Source: an uncultured virus (IMG/VR IMGVR_UViG_3300026549_002462)
Taxonomy: Duplodnaviria; Heunggongvirae; Uroviricota; Caudoviricetes
IMG/VR virus record: IMGVR_UViG_3300026549_002462
Strand: one strand, 5' to 3'
Length of the DNA: 28,488 bases
The translations under genes and the position numbers were made by a program. The notes under the pieces were generated by a model, which did not search any database, was not told where the DNA came from, and saw nothing but the letters and a program-made list of their open reading frames with translations. Numbering within the stretch: position 1 is the first letter of the stretch; the number at the start of each line of letters is the position of its first letter. This document shows, in pieces, positions 18,300 through 25,940 of the stretch.

Positions 18300-18867
18300 C
18301 ATACCTCCTCATTGCGTCACCGATCTGATCTACGTGCGCAGAGTGGATGTAGCTGTCTACGCCGTAGATGTGCATAGCCCAGAGAACAGAGTGTCTCGGG
18401 GCTGCCGCTACGCTCTGTGCCCAGGAGCGGACTTCATCGCTGATCCTGCCATCGCTCAGGCTCACACAGTTGACAAGCGTCGCCACACAGGTCTGTGCTG
18501 TATCAAGGCCCAAGGCTGTTACAAGGGTATCAATGGCCTCATTCGGGCTTTTACTGCACCTGTATGCGAGCAGGACCATGTCTATCCGGTTTCGGATGTA
18601 GTCGCGCTCTTTAGAATTTGAGGTAGTATTAAATTCTATATAATCATTGATCTCGTTACAGAACTTGATCACATTGGCAACACCGTATGTAGCAGCAGCC
18701 TGCTCCATTGTAAGTTCGGACCTCGCACTCTGATCGATCCAGGGGTTGGATATCGACTGTCCTTTAAAGTCAAAGCTGATATCTACTCCTCTTGCAGCTT
18801 CCTCCGGAGCTTCAGAGCAGAGGAGGCCGTAGTTGTGTTCTGCGAATCTTTTGATCTGTTCAAGCAT
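18280..18867 (-). CDS. Hypothetical protein
   Basis: 195 aa; AAGGAG RBS. Confidence 0.75.
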   Translation of the reverse strand: MLEQIKRFAEHNYGLLCSEAPEEAARGVDISFDFKGQSISNPWIDQSARSELTMEQAAATYGVANVIKFCNEINDYIEFNTTSNSKERDYIRNRIDMVLLAYRCSKSPNEAIDTLVTALGLDTAQTCVATLVNCVSLSDGRISDEVRSWAQSVAAAPRHSVLWAMHIYGVDSYIHSAHVDQIGDAMRRYDGNRKA

Positions 18868-18882
18868 TTTTTCTCCTTGTGT

Positions 18883-19302
18883 TTACAGTATTATATTATC
18901 GTTTTCTTTGAGCGCCTTCTTGCTGATGCAGTGTAGGTAGAGATTGTAGTCTCTTGGTATGAGGCGGATCCTCAGCCAGTAGTAGCCGGGACCGCCAAGG
19001 TCGAGCCACACATCGAATTCGATAGGGCTGGAATGAGGCAGCAGGTTCTTGTGGCAGTATTCCTTGAGATCATCCAGAGTAGGGAAGGTCTCTTTGAAGG
19101 CTTCGAGGACTGAGTCGAACTCTTCTGTCAGCTCCGGCGTTTCCACTTCCGGATTGATCGGCCACACTGTGTCCCACCATCTGTAGCCGTCATAGTCGCA
19201 GCGGAAATATCCGAGTTCTGCTGCGGAGTAGCCTCTTTCGTTTTTTCGGTCCCAGGCAGAAGGGCAGGGACAGGTTTTTTTCATTTTGTCTCTAATGTCC
19301 AT
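18883..19302 (-). CDS. Hypothetical protein (aromatic-rich)
   Basis: AGAAAGG RBS before ATG 19302. Confidence 0.7.
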   Translation of the reverse strand: MDIRDKMKKTCPCPSAWDRKNERGYSAAELGYFRCDYDGYRWWDTVWPINPEVETPELTEEFDSVLEAFKETFPTLDDLKEYCHKNLLPHSSPIEFDVWLDLGGPGYYWLRIRLIPRDYNLYLHCISKKALKENDNIIL

Positions 19303-19313
19303 AGGATGCCTTT

Positions 19314-19604
19314 CTACCAATGAATCGCATCGTGCAGAAGCTTGATGACCTCGTCTCTGCTGTACTCAAGCTTCAGAAGCTGAGAGCACTGCCAGTCGCA
19401 GTTCCTTGTGCGTCTGTCGATATCCTGCTGGCGCTGGTTCTTTGCGTCTATCCTTGCCTGGATGCATTCTGCGATCATACCGCACTCCTCATATTGCCTG
19501 TAATACTTTTCTTCTCCGGAGTCCTGGAAGTTCCAGTAGGCTTTATCTGCCTTTGCCTGATACCTTTCAAGCCACTCGTGGAGAGTTTCCGGTCTTCTTG
19601 ACAT
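19314..19604 (-). CDS. Hypothetical protein
   Basis: 96 aa; operon packing. Confidence 0.7.
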   Translation of the reverse strand: MSRRPETLHEWLERYQAKADKAYWNFQDSGEEKYYRQYEECGMIAECIQARIDAKNQRQQDIDRRTRNCDWQCSQLLKLEYSRDEVIKLLHDAIHW

Positions 19605-19631
19605 TGTTGTTCTCTCTTTCTGTTTTAGCTT

Positions 19632-19913
19632 TTAGGTGTGAGCAGGGAAGAAGCTGATCTGTCCGCCTCCTCCTGCAGCACTGTCGAGATGCATGAACTC
19701 TGCGGTATCGAGCCCGCGCGTTTCAAGCTGCTCTTTGAGCTGCTTCACAAGAGCCCATCCCTTTGCAGCATCTGCTTCGCTCATACCGTCGACATTTGAT
19801 CCGAACCAGCGGAGGAATTCATCGATCTCGTCTTTGAGCCTGCGGTTGGTCATATATTCCCATTTCTCCGGGTCGATCTTGAAGGTCATGCTGTTGGCTC
19901 TGAATGTGATCAT
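19632..19913 (-). CDS. Hypothetical protein
   Basis: GGAGGG RBS 7 nt before ATG 19913. Confidence 0.7.
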   Translation of the reverse strand: MITFRANSMTFKIDPEKWEYMTNRRLKDEIDEFLRWFGSNVDGMSEADAAKGWALVKQLKEQLETRGLDTAEFMHLDSAAGGGGQISFFPAHT

Positions 19914-19975
19914 GATAAACCCCTCCAATCATATTTTAGCTTTGTTTGCGTCCCGAAAAGGGGACAAGACGGTTT

Positions 19976-20110
19976 CTACAGGTCATAGTCATCCGCGCTG
20001 TAGTCCGGATTCGTGTCATAGTCTGCGCATCTGCAGGCTGTGGCTTCATCGAGACCGTATTCGGTCATGTACATCTCGATGAGTTCGAGGTAATTGCGGT
20101 TATCTTCCAT
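19976..20110 (-). CDS. Small acidic hypothetical protein (44 aa), not in ORF track
   Basis: MEDNRNYLELIEMYMTEYGLDEATACRCADYDTNPDYSADDYDL; GGAGGA RBS. Confidence 0.6.
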   Translation of the reverse strand: MEDNRNYLELIEMYMTEYGLDEATACRCADYDTNPDYSADDYDL

Positions 20111-20112
20111 TG

Positions 20113-20274
20113 CTATTCTTCCTCCAGCTTGAATATTTCGGTTTTCTTGATGCTGATGTGGTCGGATGAATCAAGCTTGTCCGCTACGAGCGGGAGAACG
20201 TCTTCTTTATCCACAAGCTTGTACTGCCGTCTGCCGTACTCGTCATACCATCCGATCTTGTATCCTTCTTTCAT
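20113..20274 (-). CDS. Small hypothetical protein (53 aa), not in ORF track
   Basis: MKEGYKIGWYDEYGRRQYK...; AAGGAGG RBS. Confidence 0.65.
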   Translation of the reverse strand: MKEGYKIGWYDEYGRRQYKLVDKEDVLPLVADKLDSSDHISIKKTEIFKLEEE

Positions 20275-20286
20275 GTAAAGCCTCCT

Positions 20287-20502
20287 TTACATCCAGGGTG
20301 TCCAATTGGGCCTTCCTTTCCAGTCCCGTTCGGACACACCGTTCTTATCGAGGCGAACGCTTCTGGACTGGATCGTGTATTTGACCCTCGGGTGCTTTTC
20401 CTTAAGCTCTGCAAGCTTCTGCTGTATAAGGTCATAGGAGTCTGAGCGGAAGCATTCAGCGCCGTCTTTGTTTATCCTGTATTCGCTTCTGTGCTTGACC
20501 AT
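20287..20502 (-). CDS. Hypothetical protein
   Basis: 71 aa; AAGGAGGA RBS. Confidence 0.7.
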   Translation of the reverse strand: MVKHRSEYRINKDGAECFRSDSYDLIQQKLAELKEKHPRVKYTIQSRSVRLDKNGVSERDWKGRPNWTPWM

Positions 20503-21166
20503 TCTTCAGATCCTCCTTTGATGCAGCGTCTGTGTAGAATCTTGAGATATATCTGTATGCAGTTTCATAGAAGTCATTGTCCTTTACCCTGTGCTTGATC
20601 CAGATGATCTCCCGCAGACGTCTTCTAACATCTATCTCGCTCGCTGTAGTGGTATTGCACTTCTGCATGTCTGATGCTAGGGATTCAACATCTTCGATAA
20701 ATCTGCTGACCGGCATCGGGATATGCAGCTTCTCTTTCAGTTCGTCATGCAGTGATGAGAGGGTAGGGGAAGCTGTATCAGCTGCCTCACAAAGCAGACA
20801 TTCAAGAAATTCAAGAGAGGACATCTGCCCGCTCTGGTATGCCTCTGCGATCTGGGCGGTCTTGCTCCTGCAAAGGCTGACCGGGCGGTATGTAGCAAAG
20901 TAGTAGCCTGAAGCTCGCTCTACGCGTATAAGAACGCGGTCATCCTTGACGGTGATAGCGAAGCCCTTTTGCTTGGCCTGTCTGATGTGGTTCAGAAGGT
21001 CTTCTTCTGTAATAAAGAACTGAGACCTTCCGACGAGCATTTCTTCAGCCGAGTATTCTTCTACGACCTCCTCGATCATATAGTCTTCGTCTCTTGACCT
21101 TGCCTTCAGTATCCCTACTATCTCGGGGATCTTTTCCAATGCTTTTCTGTATGCATATTCGCTCAT
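20456..21166 (-). CDS. Hypothetical protein
   Basis: 236 aa; AAGGA RBS. Confidence 0.7.
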   Translation of the reverse strand: MSEYAYRKALEKIPEIVGILKARSRDEDYMIEEVVEEYSAEEMLVGRSQFFITEEDLLNHIRQAKQKGFAITVKDDRVLIRVERASGYYFATYRPVSLCRSKTAQIAEAYQSGQMSSLEFLECLLCEAADTASPTLSSLHDELKEKLHIPMPVSRFIEDVESLASDMQKCNTTTASEIDVRRRLREIIWIKHRVKDNDFYETAYRYISRFYTDAASKEDLKNGQAQKRIQDKQRRR

Positions 21167-21220
21167 ATTGTCCTTTTGTTTCTCCTGATCAAATGAATTG
21201 CCGTGGTATAACTCCGGTCG

Positions 21221-21814
21221 CTACTTGCTGATTGGCCTTGCGATGAGCTCGCCTGTGGTGTAGTTCTTGAGAAACTGCGCTTTGATGAGCCTGTAGTGTT
21301 CGCCGTACTCTTTTATCTCGGCAATCATCGCTTTGGCTGTGTCGACATCTCTGGCCCAGAGAAGGGCATCGTCCCTGTATACGTTAGCCCACTTGTCGCC
21401 GACGCGCTGCTGTATGACATAGCCGGTCAGATCTGACAGGATTTCTTTCTGCGCTTGCCTTAACGCGTTCCTTTTGCGGTTCATCTCGTGGCGTTCCCGG
21501 TTTTCTTTGTCGACCTGTTTTCTAAGGAGCTTCTCCTCAAGACGCGGATCGGGAATCCTTTCGAGGACCACATTGACAGCGGTAGGGGTTGCACCGGTCT
21601 GTTCTTCTGTGATCTCGAACTGAACCTTTGCCCCGGTAAACGCACATGCGTCCCACAGAGTCATCCACTGGCCTGAGTAGTAGCCGCCTTCATTGGCGTT
21701 TGTGACGTATTTCTTATCTGACCAATAGCGGACACCGTTGTCGCCCTTGATGAAGAAATAGCTGCCGTTCCACTTCTTGATGTGGTCTATCGTACCTGTG
21801 ATAACGTCCTTCAT
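21221..21814 (-). CDS. Hypothetical protein, possible cold-shock/OB-like N-terminus
   Basis: TGTI..KKWNGSYFFIKGDNG..Y, and GAKVQFEI...AVNV. Confidence 0.65.
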   Translation of the reverse strand: MKDVITGTIDHIKKWNGSYFFIKGDNGVRYWSDKKYVTNANEGGYYSGQWMTLWDACAFTGAKVQFEITEEQTGATPTAVNVVLERIPDPRLEEKLLRKQVDKENRERHEMNRKRNALRQAQKEILSDLTGYVIQQRVGDKWANVYRDDALLWARDVDTAKAMIAEIKEYGEHYRLIKAQFLKNYTTGELIARPISK

Positions 21815-21981
21815 GACTCCTTTCCCTCCCAGTCTTCGCAGCTGTCGCCGTAAAGGGTAGGACAGCCGCAGTTCTCGCTTCTGTCGTTCACGCAGTAGAA
21901 GCCGCTGTGCTGTCTCACGCCGCTGCCGTCTCTGTCATAGCAGTTGTGCCTGCAGGTTCCGCATACTTCTTTGGTGTTCAT
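21811..21981 (-). CDS. Small Cys-rich protein (56 aa), not in ORF track
   Basis: CGTCRHNC...C..C.C...SCEDWE; AAGGAG RBS; ATGA coupling to the next gene. Confidence 0.7.
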   Translation of the reverse strand: MNTKEVCGTCRHNCYDRDGSGVRQHSGFYCVNDRSENCGCPTLYGDSCEDWEGKES

Positions 21982-22068
21982 GGTGTTTTATTGCTCCTTT
22001 TGTTCTTTTAAAGTAGTTTACATGTGGCCCTGGGATATGAAGCCTCTCGGGTGGGCTAGGGGAGATGC

Positions 22069-22494
22069 TTAGTCGTTAGGCTCTGTAAGTGAGAAGCCGT
22101 GCTGCTTGGCATGTTCTACGGCAGCTTTGCTCATGTCGGCTTCAAGCTGTGCCTCCCAGTCATCCGCTGTGAAGTCCACTTCGCAGTCTTTGTCTGCGTG
22201 CTCGTCAGAGTACCAGGTGCCATCGCTTGCCTTTAAACAGACGAAGTAGGCGAGACTTACGTCGCAGTCATCCTCGGTAGCATCGAGGACATCTCCGCCG
22301 GATGCTGTCCACATCTCAAGTTCGATGTCGATAGACGGATACTCGAGGACTGCGAGTACACGCTCAGCGTTGCAGGTCTCTTCAAGAAATTGGTCCCATG
22401 CCTGCGGATCAGAAACCGGATACTTGCCGGATCTGAGCGCAGCCAGAACAGAAGGTGTTAGATTGGCTATTTCGAAGCTGTAATCTTTACTCAT
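22069..22494 (-). CDS. Acidic hypothetical protein
   Basis: AGAAAGGA RBS before ATG 22494; first gene after a strong promoter. Confidence 0.75.
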   Translation of the reverse strand: MSKDYSFEIANLTPSVLAALRSGKYPVSDPQAWDQFLEETCNAERVLAVLEYPSIDIELEMWTASGGDVLDATEDDCDVSLAYFVCLKASDGTWYSDEHADKDCEVDFTADDWEAQLEADMSKAAVEHAKQHGFSLTEPND

Positions 22495-22689
22495 GGCGTG
22501 TTGTATTCCTTTCTGTCTCATGAGTCGGTCCTGTCACCATAGAACCGGGCCCAGGCGTTGATTGAATTATGTATGTATGAGTTCCGGCGAAAGTGGCGTA
22601 AATCGCCACTTAGCGCCGAGAGAGGAGGGTAATTATGTAGTTTTTTGACTGGACAAGGGTCAAACGGTCATTTCGGTTACCCTGTGGAT

Positions 22690-22733
22690 AGTATACCAAA
22701 CTATGCAGTAAATGTCAATTTAACGCATAGTTT
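22690..22733 (-). promoter_or_regulatory. Near-consensus sigma-A promoter with flanking inverted repeat
   Basis: TTGACA (22718-22713)-17-TATACT (22695-22690) with TG extension; AAACTATGC/GCATAGTTT at 22698-22706 and 22725-22733. Confidence 0.8.
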
Positions 22734-22797
22734 AGCCGCTTTTAAATAGGCGCCCGCATCCGTGGCAAAACCGTTACAAATGCGTAACACCCGACTG

Positions 22798-23124
22798 TTA
22801 TGACGCTCTTCCTGAGCGCTTTCTTCTATTTTTATTTACTGTTCGGAATATTTCTGCCGGAAGCTGCAGCACTGTCACTAGGACCAGATCATCGAGGTCT
22901 TCTGTATAGATAAATGCTTTGTCTCCGTACAAATATATTACTCTATTTTCATCGTAGTACTGTTGATCAAGCCAGCGTCTTACGGTTCCTTTGGTTTCTT
23001 CTGCGTTTGTTCCTCTTTCAATTGCAAGGCTGCAGATCCTTTCTGCTGTTGCTTTCTTTCCTGTGCCGCAGCGATCTTTGATTCGCTGTCTTGCGTGATT
23101 GCTGATGTAGATATTGCCGTTCAT
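22798..23124 (-). CDS. Small basic protein, RelE/BECR-like fold suspected
   Basis: ISNHARQRIKDR ... LVTVL pattern; AGAAAGGAG RBS. Confidence 0.6.
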   Translation of the reverse strand: MNGNIYISNHARQRIKDRCGTGKKATAERICSLAIERGTNAEETKGTVRRWLDQQYYDENRVIYLYGDKAFIYTEDLDDLVLVTVLQLPAEIFRTVNKNRRKRSGRAS

Positions 23125-23279
23125 GATGTTCTCCTTTCTTTAGGTACTCTGATACCTTTTAATGTGTTTTCTCGCCTTAGAGGGCGAATTTTGGTCTTGG
23201 CTTCTGAGAGATTTGCGGTCACCATTCACATATCTCTCAGATGTGTCCTGTTTTGCGCTATTTCTGCTTAACTGAACTG

Positions 23280-23915
23280 TCATTCATCTAACAGAAAATA
23301 CTCGTTATAGCCTAAGCGTGATATTGTGATGCCGTCTGGGGTATTAAGGGCTACGTAATCGTTGATATAATCCTTGATGTAGGCTTCGATATCACCATCG
23401 TATCCATCCTGAACCATCTCCCACGCATCCTGACCTTTTTCAACCTCCTGTTTGAGGAATCTTTCGACAGCCAGCCTGCATTCTTCCGTCGATAGCGATT
23501 TTGGCCATACTGGTGTGTATTCGCTCAGGGATGGAACGAATTTTTCTTCAATCGAGTCCCACTCTACATCCATCTCAGCAACGCAGTATTCACCTGCGGG
23601 ATCGTTTAGGTAGCTTTTCTGGTCATATTCCGTCATGCTGTCCCAGAGGTCTTTTGCGTAAGCTATCGCTGCGTCTTTATCAGTAAAAAGCTCATATGAG
23701 CCGAAACCGCTGCGGTCCCTGTATTCGTAGAACACCCACGCCTTATGGTTTACGTTCTCACTGGCCACGATATAGGTCAGCATGTCGAGCACGTAATCCG
23801 GCGGAGTTCTCTTCTCTGTCTCCCAGTCTTCGATCGTGCGCTTTGGGATGCTGTATTTTTCTGAAAAATTAGCCTGGGAAAGCCCGGTGCGGGTTCTGAT
23901 TTCCTTGATTTGCAT
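23280..23915 (-). CDS. XRE-family HTH regulator with acidic C-terminal domain
   Basis: IKEIRTRTGLSQANFSEKYSIPKRTIEDWE..R.PPDY. Confidence 0.85.
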   Translation of the reverse strand: MQIKEIRTRTGLSQANFSEKYSIPKRTIEDWETEKRTPPDYVLDMLTYIVASENVNHKAWVFYEYRDRSGFGSYELFTDKDAAIAYAKDLWDSMTEYDQKSYLNDPAGEYCVAEMDVEWDSIEEKFVPSLSEYTPVWPKSLSTEECRLAVERFLKQEVEKGQDAWEMVQDGYDGDIEAYIKDYINDYVALNTPDGITISRLGYNEYFLLDE

Positions 23916-23930
23916 TTTCAGCCCCCCTTT

Positions 23931-24179
23931 CTACTGATCCAGGAACCAATCGGCGTAGTACCCAAATTTTCCAAAGTCGATCGGAGCCTCTTCCGGAATC
24001 TCGGGGTCGTATGCGACACCATACCAGCGCCGGATAGCGACTTGTGTGCCGTTGTCGTCCTCAACGGTTATATCCTGCTGTGTATATGCAGCTGCTTCAT
24101 CTGCGCGTGTCATAGCTTCCTCCAGCGTATCTGCTGTGAAATTGCCTGCTCCGGTGTGAAAATTAACTAAATAGCTCAT
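23931..24179 (-). CDS. Small acidic hypothetical protein
   Basis: 82 aa; its AGGAG RBS is the IS110 insertion site. Confidence 0.75.
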   Translation of the reverse strand: MSYLVNFHTGAGNFTADTLEEAMTRADEAAAYTQQDITVEDDNGTQVAIRRWYGVAYDPEIPEEAPIDFGKFGYYADWFLDQ

Positions 24180-24202
24180 TTAATCTCCTTGTATTATTAT
24201 CT

Positions 24203-24376
24203 TCGAGCATTAACGTATTAGTTTGCGCTTAATGCTACACTGTTAGGGACACTGTGGATTGGTGCGAATCTCCTACCACTTGATGGTTCAAGAAAGGCTC
24301 CAACCACAGCTCTCTGTATAGTTGTTGATCAGTTAGATACCGCATGACGGTTTATGTAGAACAAGGTTACGCTATC
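24203..24376 (+). ncRNA. IS110 bridge RNA (5' hairpin, target-binding loop, donor-binding loop); ends approximate
   Basis: Hairpin AGCATTAA/TTAATGCT; loop 1 guides GAATCTCCT (24266-24274) and AGAAAG (24291-24296); loop 2 guides AGTTAG (24331-24336) and ACAAG (24361-24365). Confidence 0.8.
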
Positions 24377-24429
24377 AGTGAGTACGTGGTCCTAAACAGT
24401 GTTAAATACATAATGCAAGGAGATTTTTT

Positions 24430-25605
24430 ATGATCTATGTTGGTATCGATGTCGCCAAAGACAAGCATGACTGCTATGTCAGCGACTCTGATGGTGTAGA
24501 GCTTTATGCCCCATTCATCATCCAGAACACCAGAGAGGGATTTGAGGATCTTTTCGAGAAAGTACGAGCTGTGGCTCCAGATTTGTCCAAAGTAAAAATA
24601 GGGCTGGAAGCCACCGGACATTACGGCTACAACATACTTGGTTACTTGCTCGAAAAGGAATTCCGCATATTCCTCATCAATCCGCTTCACACGAATCTGT
24701 TCCGAAAAAGTCTAAGCCTTAGACAGACCAAAACGGACAAGGTCGATGCTCGTACCATTTGTATGATGCTTCATTCCGGTATGGCTCTTACGCCCTACTC
24801 GAAAACATCATACCATATGGAGGAGCTCAAATCATTAACCAGATACCGTTTTGACAAGGTCCATGAAAGGGGTAAGTTGAAACAGTCGGTTTCCCGTCTT
24901 GTTACTATCTTGTTCCCTGAGTTGGAAAAGCTCGTCCCGAGCCTTCATATGAAGTCTGTATACGCTCTCCTGTATGAGTTTCCTGGAGCTGAGCAGGTTG
25001 CAGCCTGTCATATGACCCATCTTAAGAAGCTGCTTTATGATGCCTCCGGCGGTCGTTATGGCAAGGATGTTGCTGAAACGATCCGTAACGCTGCTCGCAG
25101 TTCTATCGGTTCTCATATACCTGCAAAGTCGCTTGAGCTCAAACATACTATTGACCTTATCCGAAAGATTGATGATGAGATCAACGAAACTGAGAGCGCC
25201 ATCAAAGTCATCATGGATGACATTGGTTCTCCAATACTCACTATCCCAGGCATAAGCTACCGAATGGGTGCGATGATCATTGCTGAGCTTGGCGACATAA
25301 GCAGATTCAACTCACCTGACAAGATACTAGCCTATGCCGGTATGTCACCATCGACATACCAATCGGGGCAGCTTACCTCGTCATACGCGCATATGGAGAA
25401 GCGAGGATCCCGCTACTTGCGTTATGCATTATTCAATGCAACGAAGTTTGTCTGCATATGGGATGAGTCATTTGCGAAATACCTCGCAAAAAAGCAATCC
25501 GAAGGCAAGCATTACAACGTCGCAGTTTCACATGCTGCGAAGAAGCTCGTCAGACTCATGTTTCACCTAATAAATACAGGCGAAGCATACATTCCAGCCG
25601 CTTAG
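24430..25605 (+). CDS. IS110-family recombinase/transposase
   Basis: DEDD RuvC-like motifs GIDVAK, LEATG, KTDKVDA; IPGI; AYAGMSP..QSG; KRGSRYLR. Confidence 0.96.
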   Translation: MIYVGIDVAKDKHDCYVSDSDGVELYAPFIIQNTREGFEDLFEKVRAVAPDLSKVKIGLEATGHYGYNILGYLLEKEFRIFLINPLHTNLFRKSLSLRQTKTDKVDARTICMMLHSGMALTPYSKTSYHMEELKSLTRYRFDKVHERGKLKQSVSRLVTILFPELEKLVPSLHMKSVYALLYEFPGAEQVAACHMTHLKKLLYDASGGRYGKDVAETIRNAARSSIGSHIPAKSLELKHTIDLIRKIDDEINETESAIKVIMDDIGSPILTIPGISYRMGAMIIAELGDISRFNSPDKILAYAGMSPSTYQSGQLTSSYAHMEKRGSRYLRYALFNATKFVCIWDESFAKYLAKKQSEGKHYNVAVSHAAKKLVRLMFHLINTGEAYIPAA

Positions 25606-25625
25606 CTTTTTCTAATATCTCCTGC

Positions 25626-25648
25626 AGCATCCATATGGATGCTCTTTT
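25626..25648 (+). terminator. Hairpin terminator in IS110 right end
   Basis: Perfect palindrome AGCATCCATATGGATGCT followed by CTTTT. Confidence 0.55.
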
Positions 25649-25785
25649 GTCATGCAGTTTTCAAAGTGCTGATCTGATCTTTTCCGCTTATTCGACTAAC
25701 CTTACAGCAGCGGCGGGTGCCAGCGCATTTACCCTTGACTTTTAATAGTTAGTCTTTCTGATACGCAGTGTTATTCTATGGTGTT

Positions 25786-25814
25786 AGTATACCACGCTTT
25801 GCGTGGTGCGTCAA
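25786..25814 (-). promoter_or_regulatory. Sigma-A promoter with palindromic operator in the spacer
   Basis: TTGACG-17-TATACT with TG extension; ACCACGC-TTT-GCGTGGT at 25791-25807. Confidence 0.78.
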
Positions 25815-25881
25815 TATAAAGGCTGCATAAAACATTCAATATATGCCGTAAAAACCATAAGATATGAAAAGAAACTGCAAT

Positions 25882-25911
25882 ATAAAACGCCCCGGACAAA
25901 AGTCCGAGGCG
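25882..25911 (-). terminator. Intrinsic terminator after the PcfJ gene
   Basis: GC-rich stem (CGCC..CGGAC / GTCCG..GGCG) followed by TTTTAT on the - strand. Confidence 0.7.
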
Positions 25912-25940
25912 CTCTTCGTTAAAGCGGTGTTTGTTGTGTC

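Larger units (their letters stand above)
24188..25755 (+). mobile_element. Complete IS110-family element bounded by CT core dinucleotides
   Basis: Left TAATCTC-CT-TGTATTAT, right AGTTAGT-CT-TTCTG; the circle junction rebuilds TTGACT-17-TATTAT. Confidence 0.88.

Noticed and set aside
22683..22691. DnaA box / replication origin
   Set aside because: A single 8/9 match overlapping a promoter, with no box cluster, iterons or rep gene.
24201..24203. Alternative IS110 left boundary at TAT-CT-TCG
   Set aside because: It does not rebuild a -10 box at the circle junction and does not match the left target guide; the CT at 24188-24189 satisfies both.
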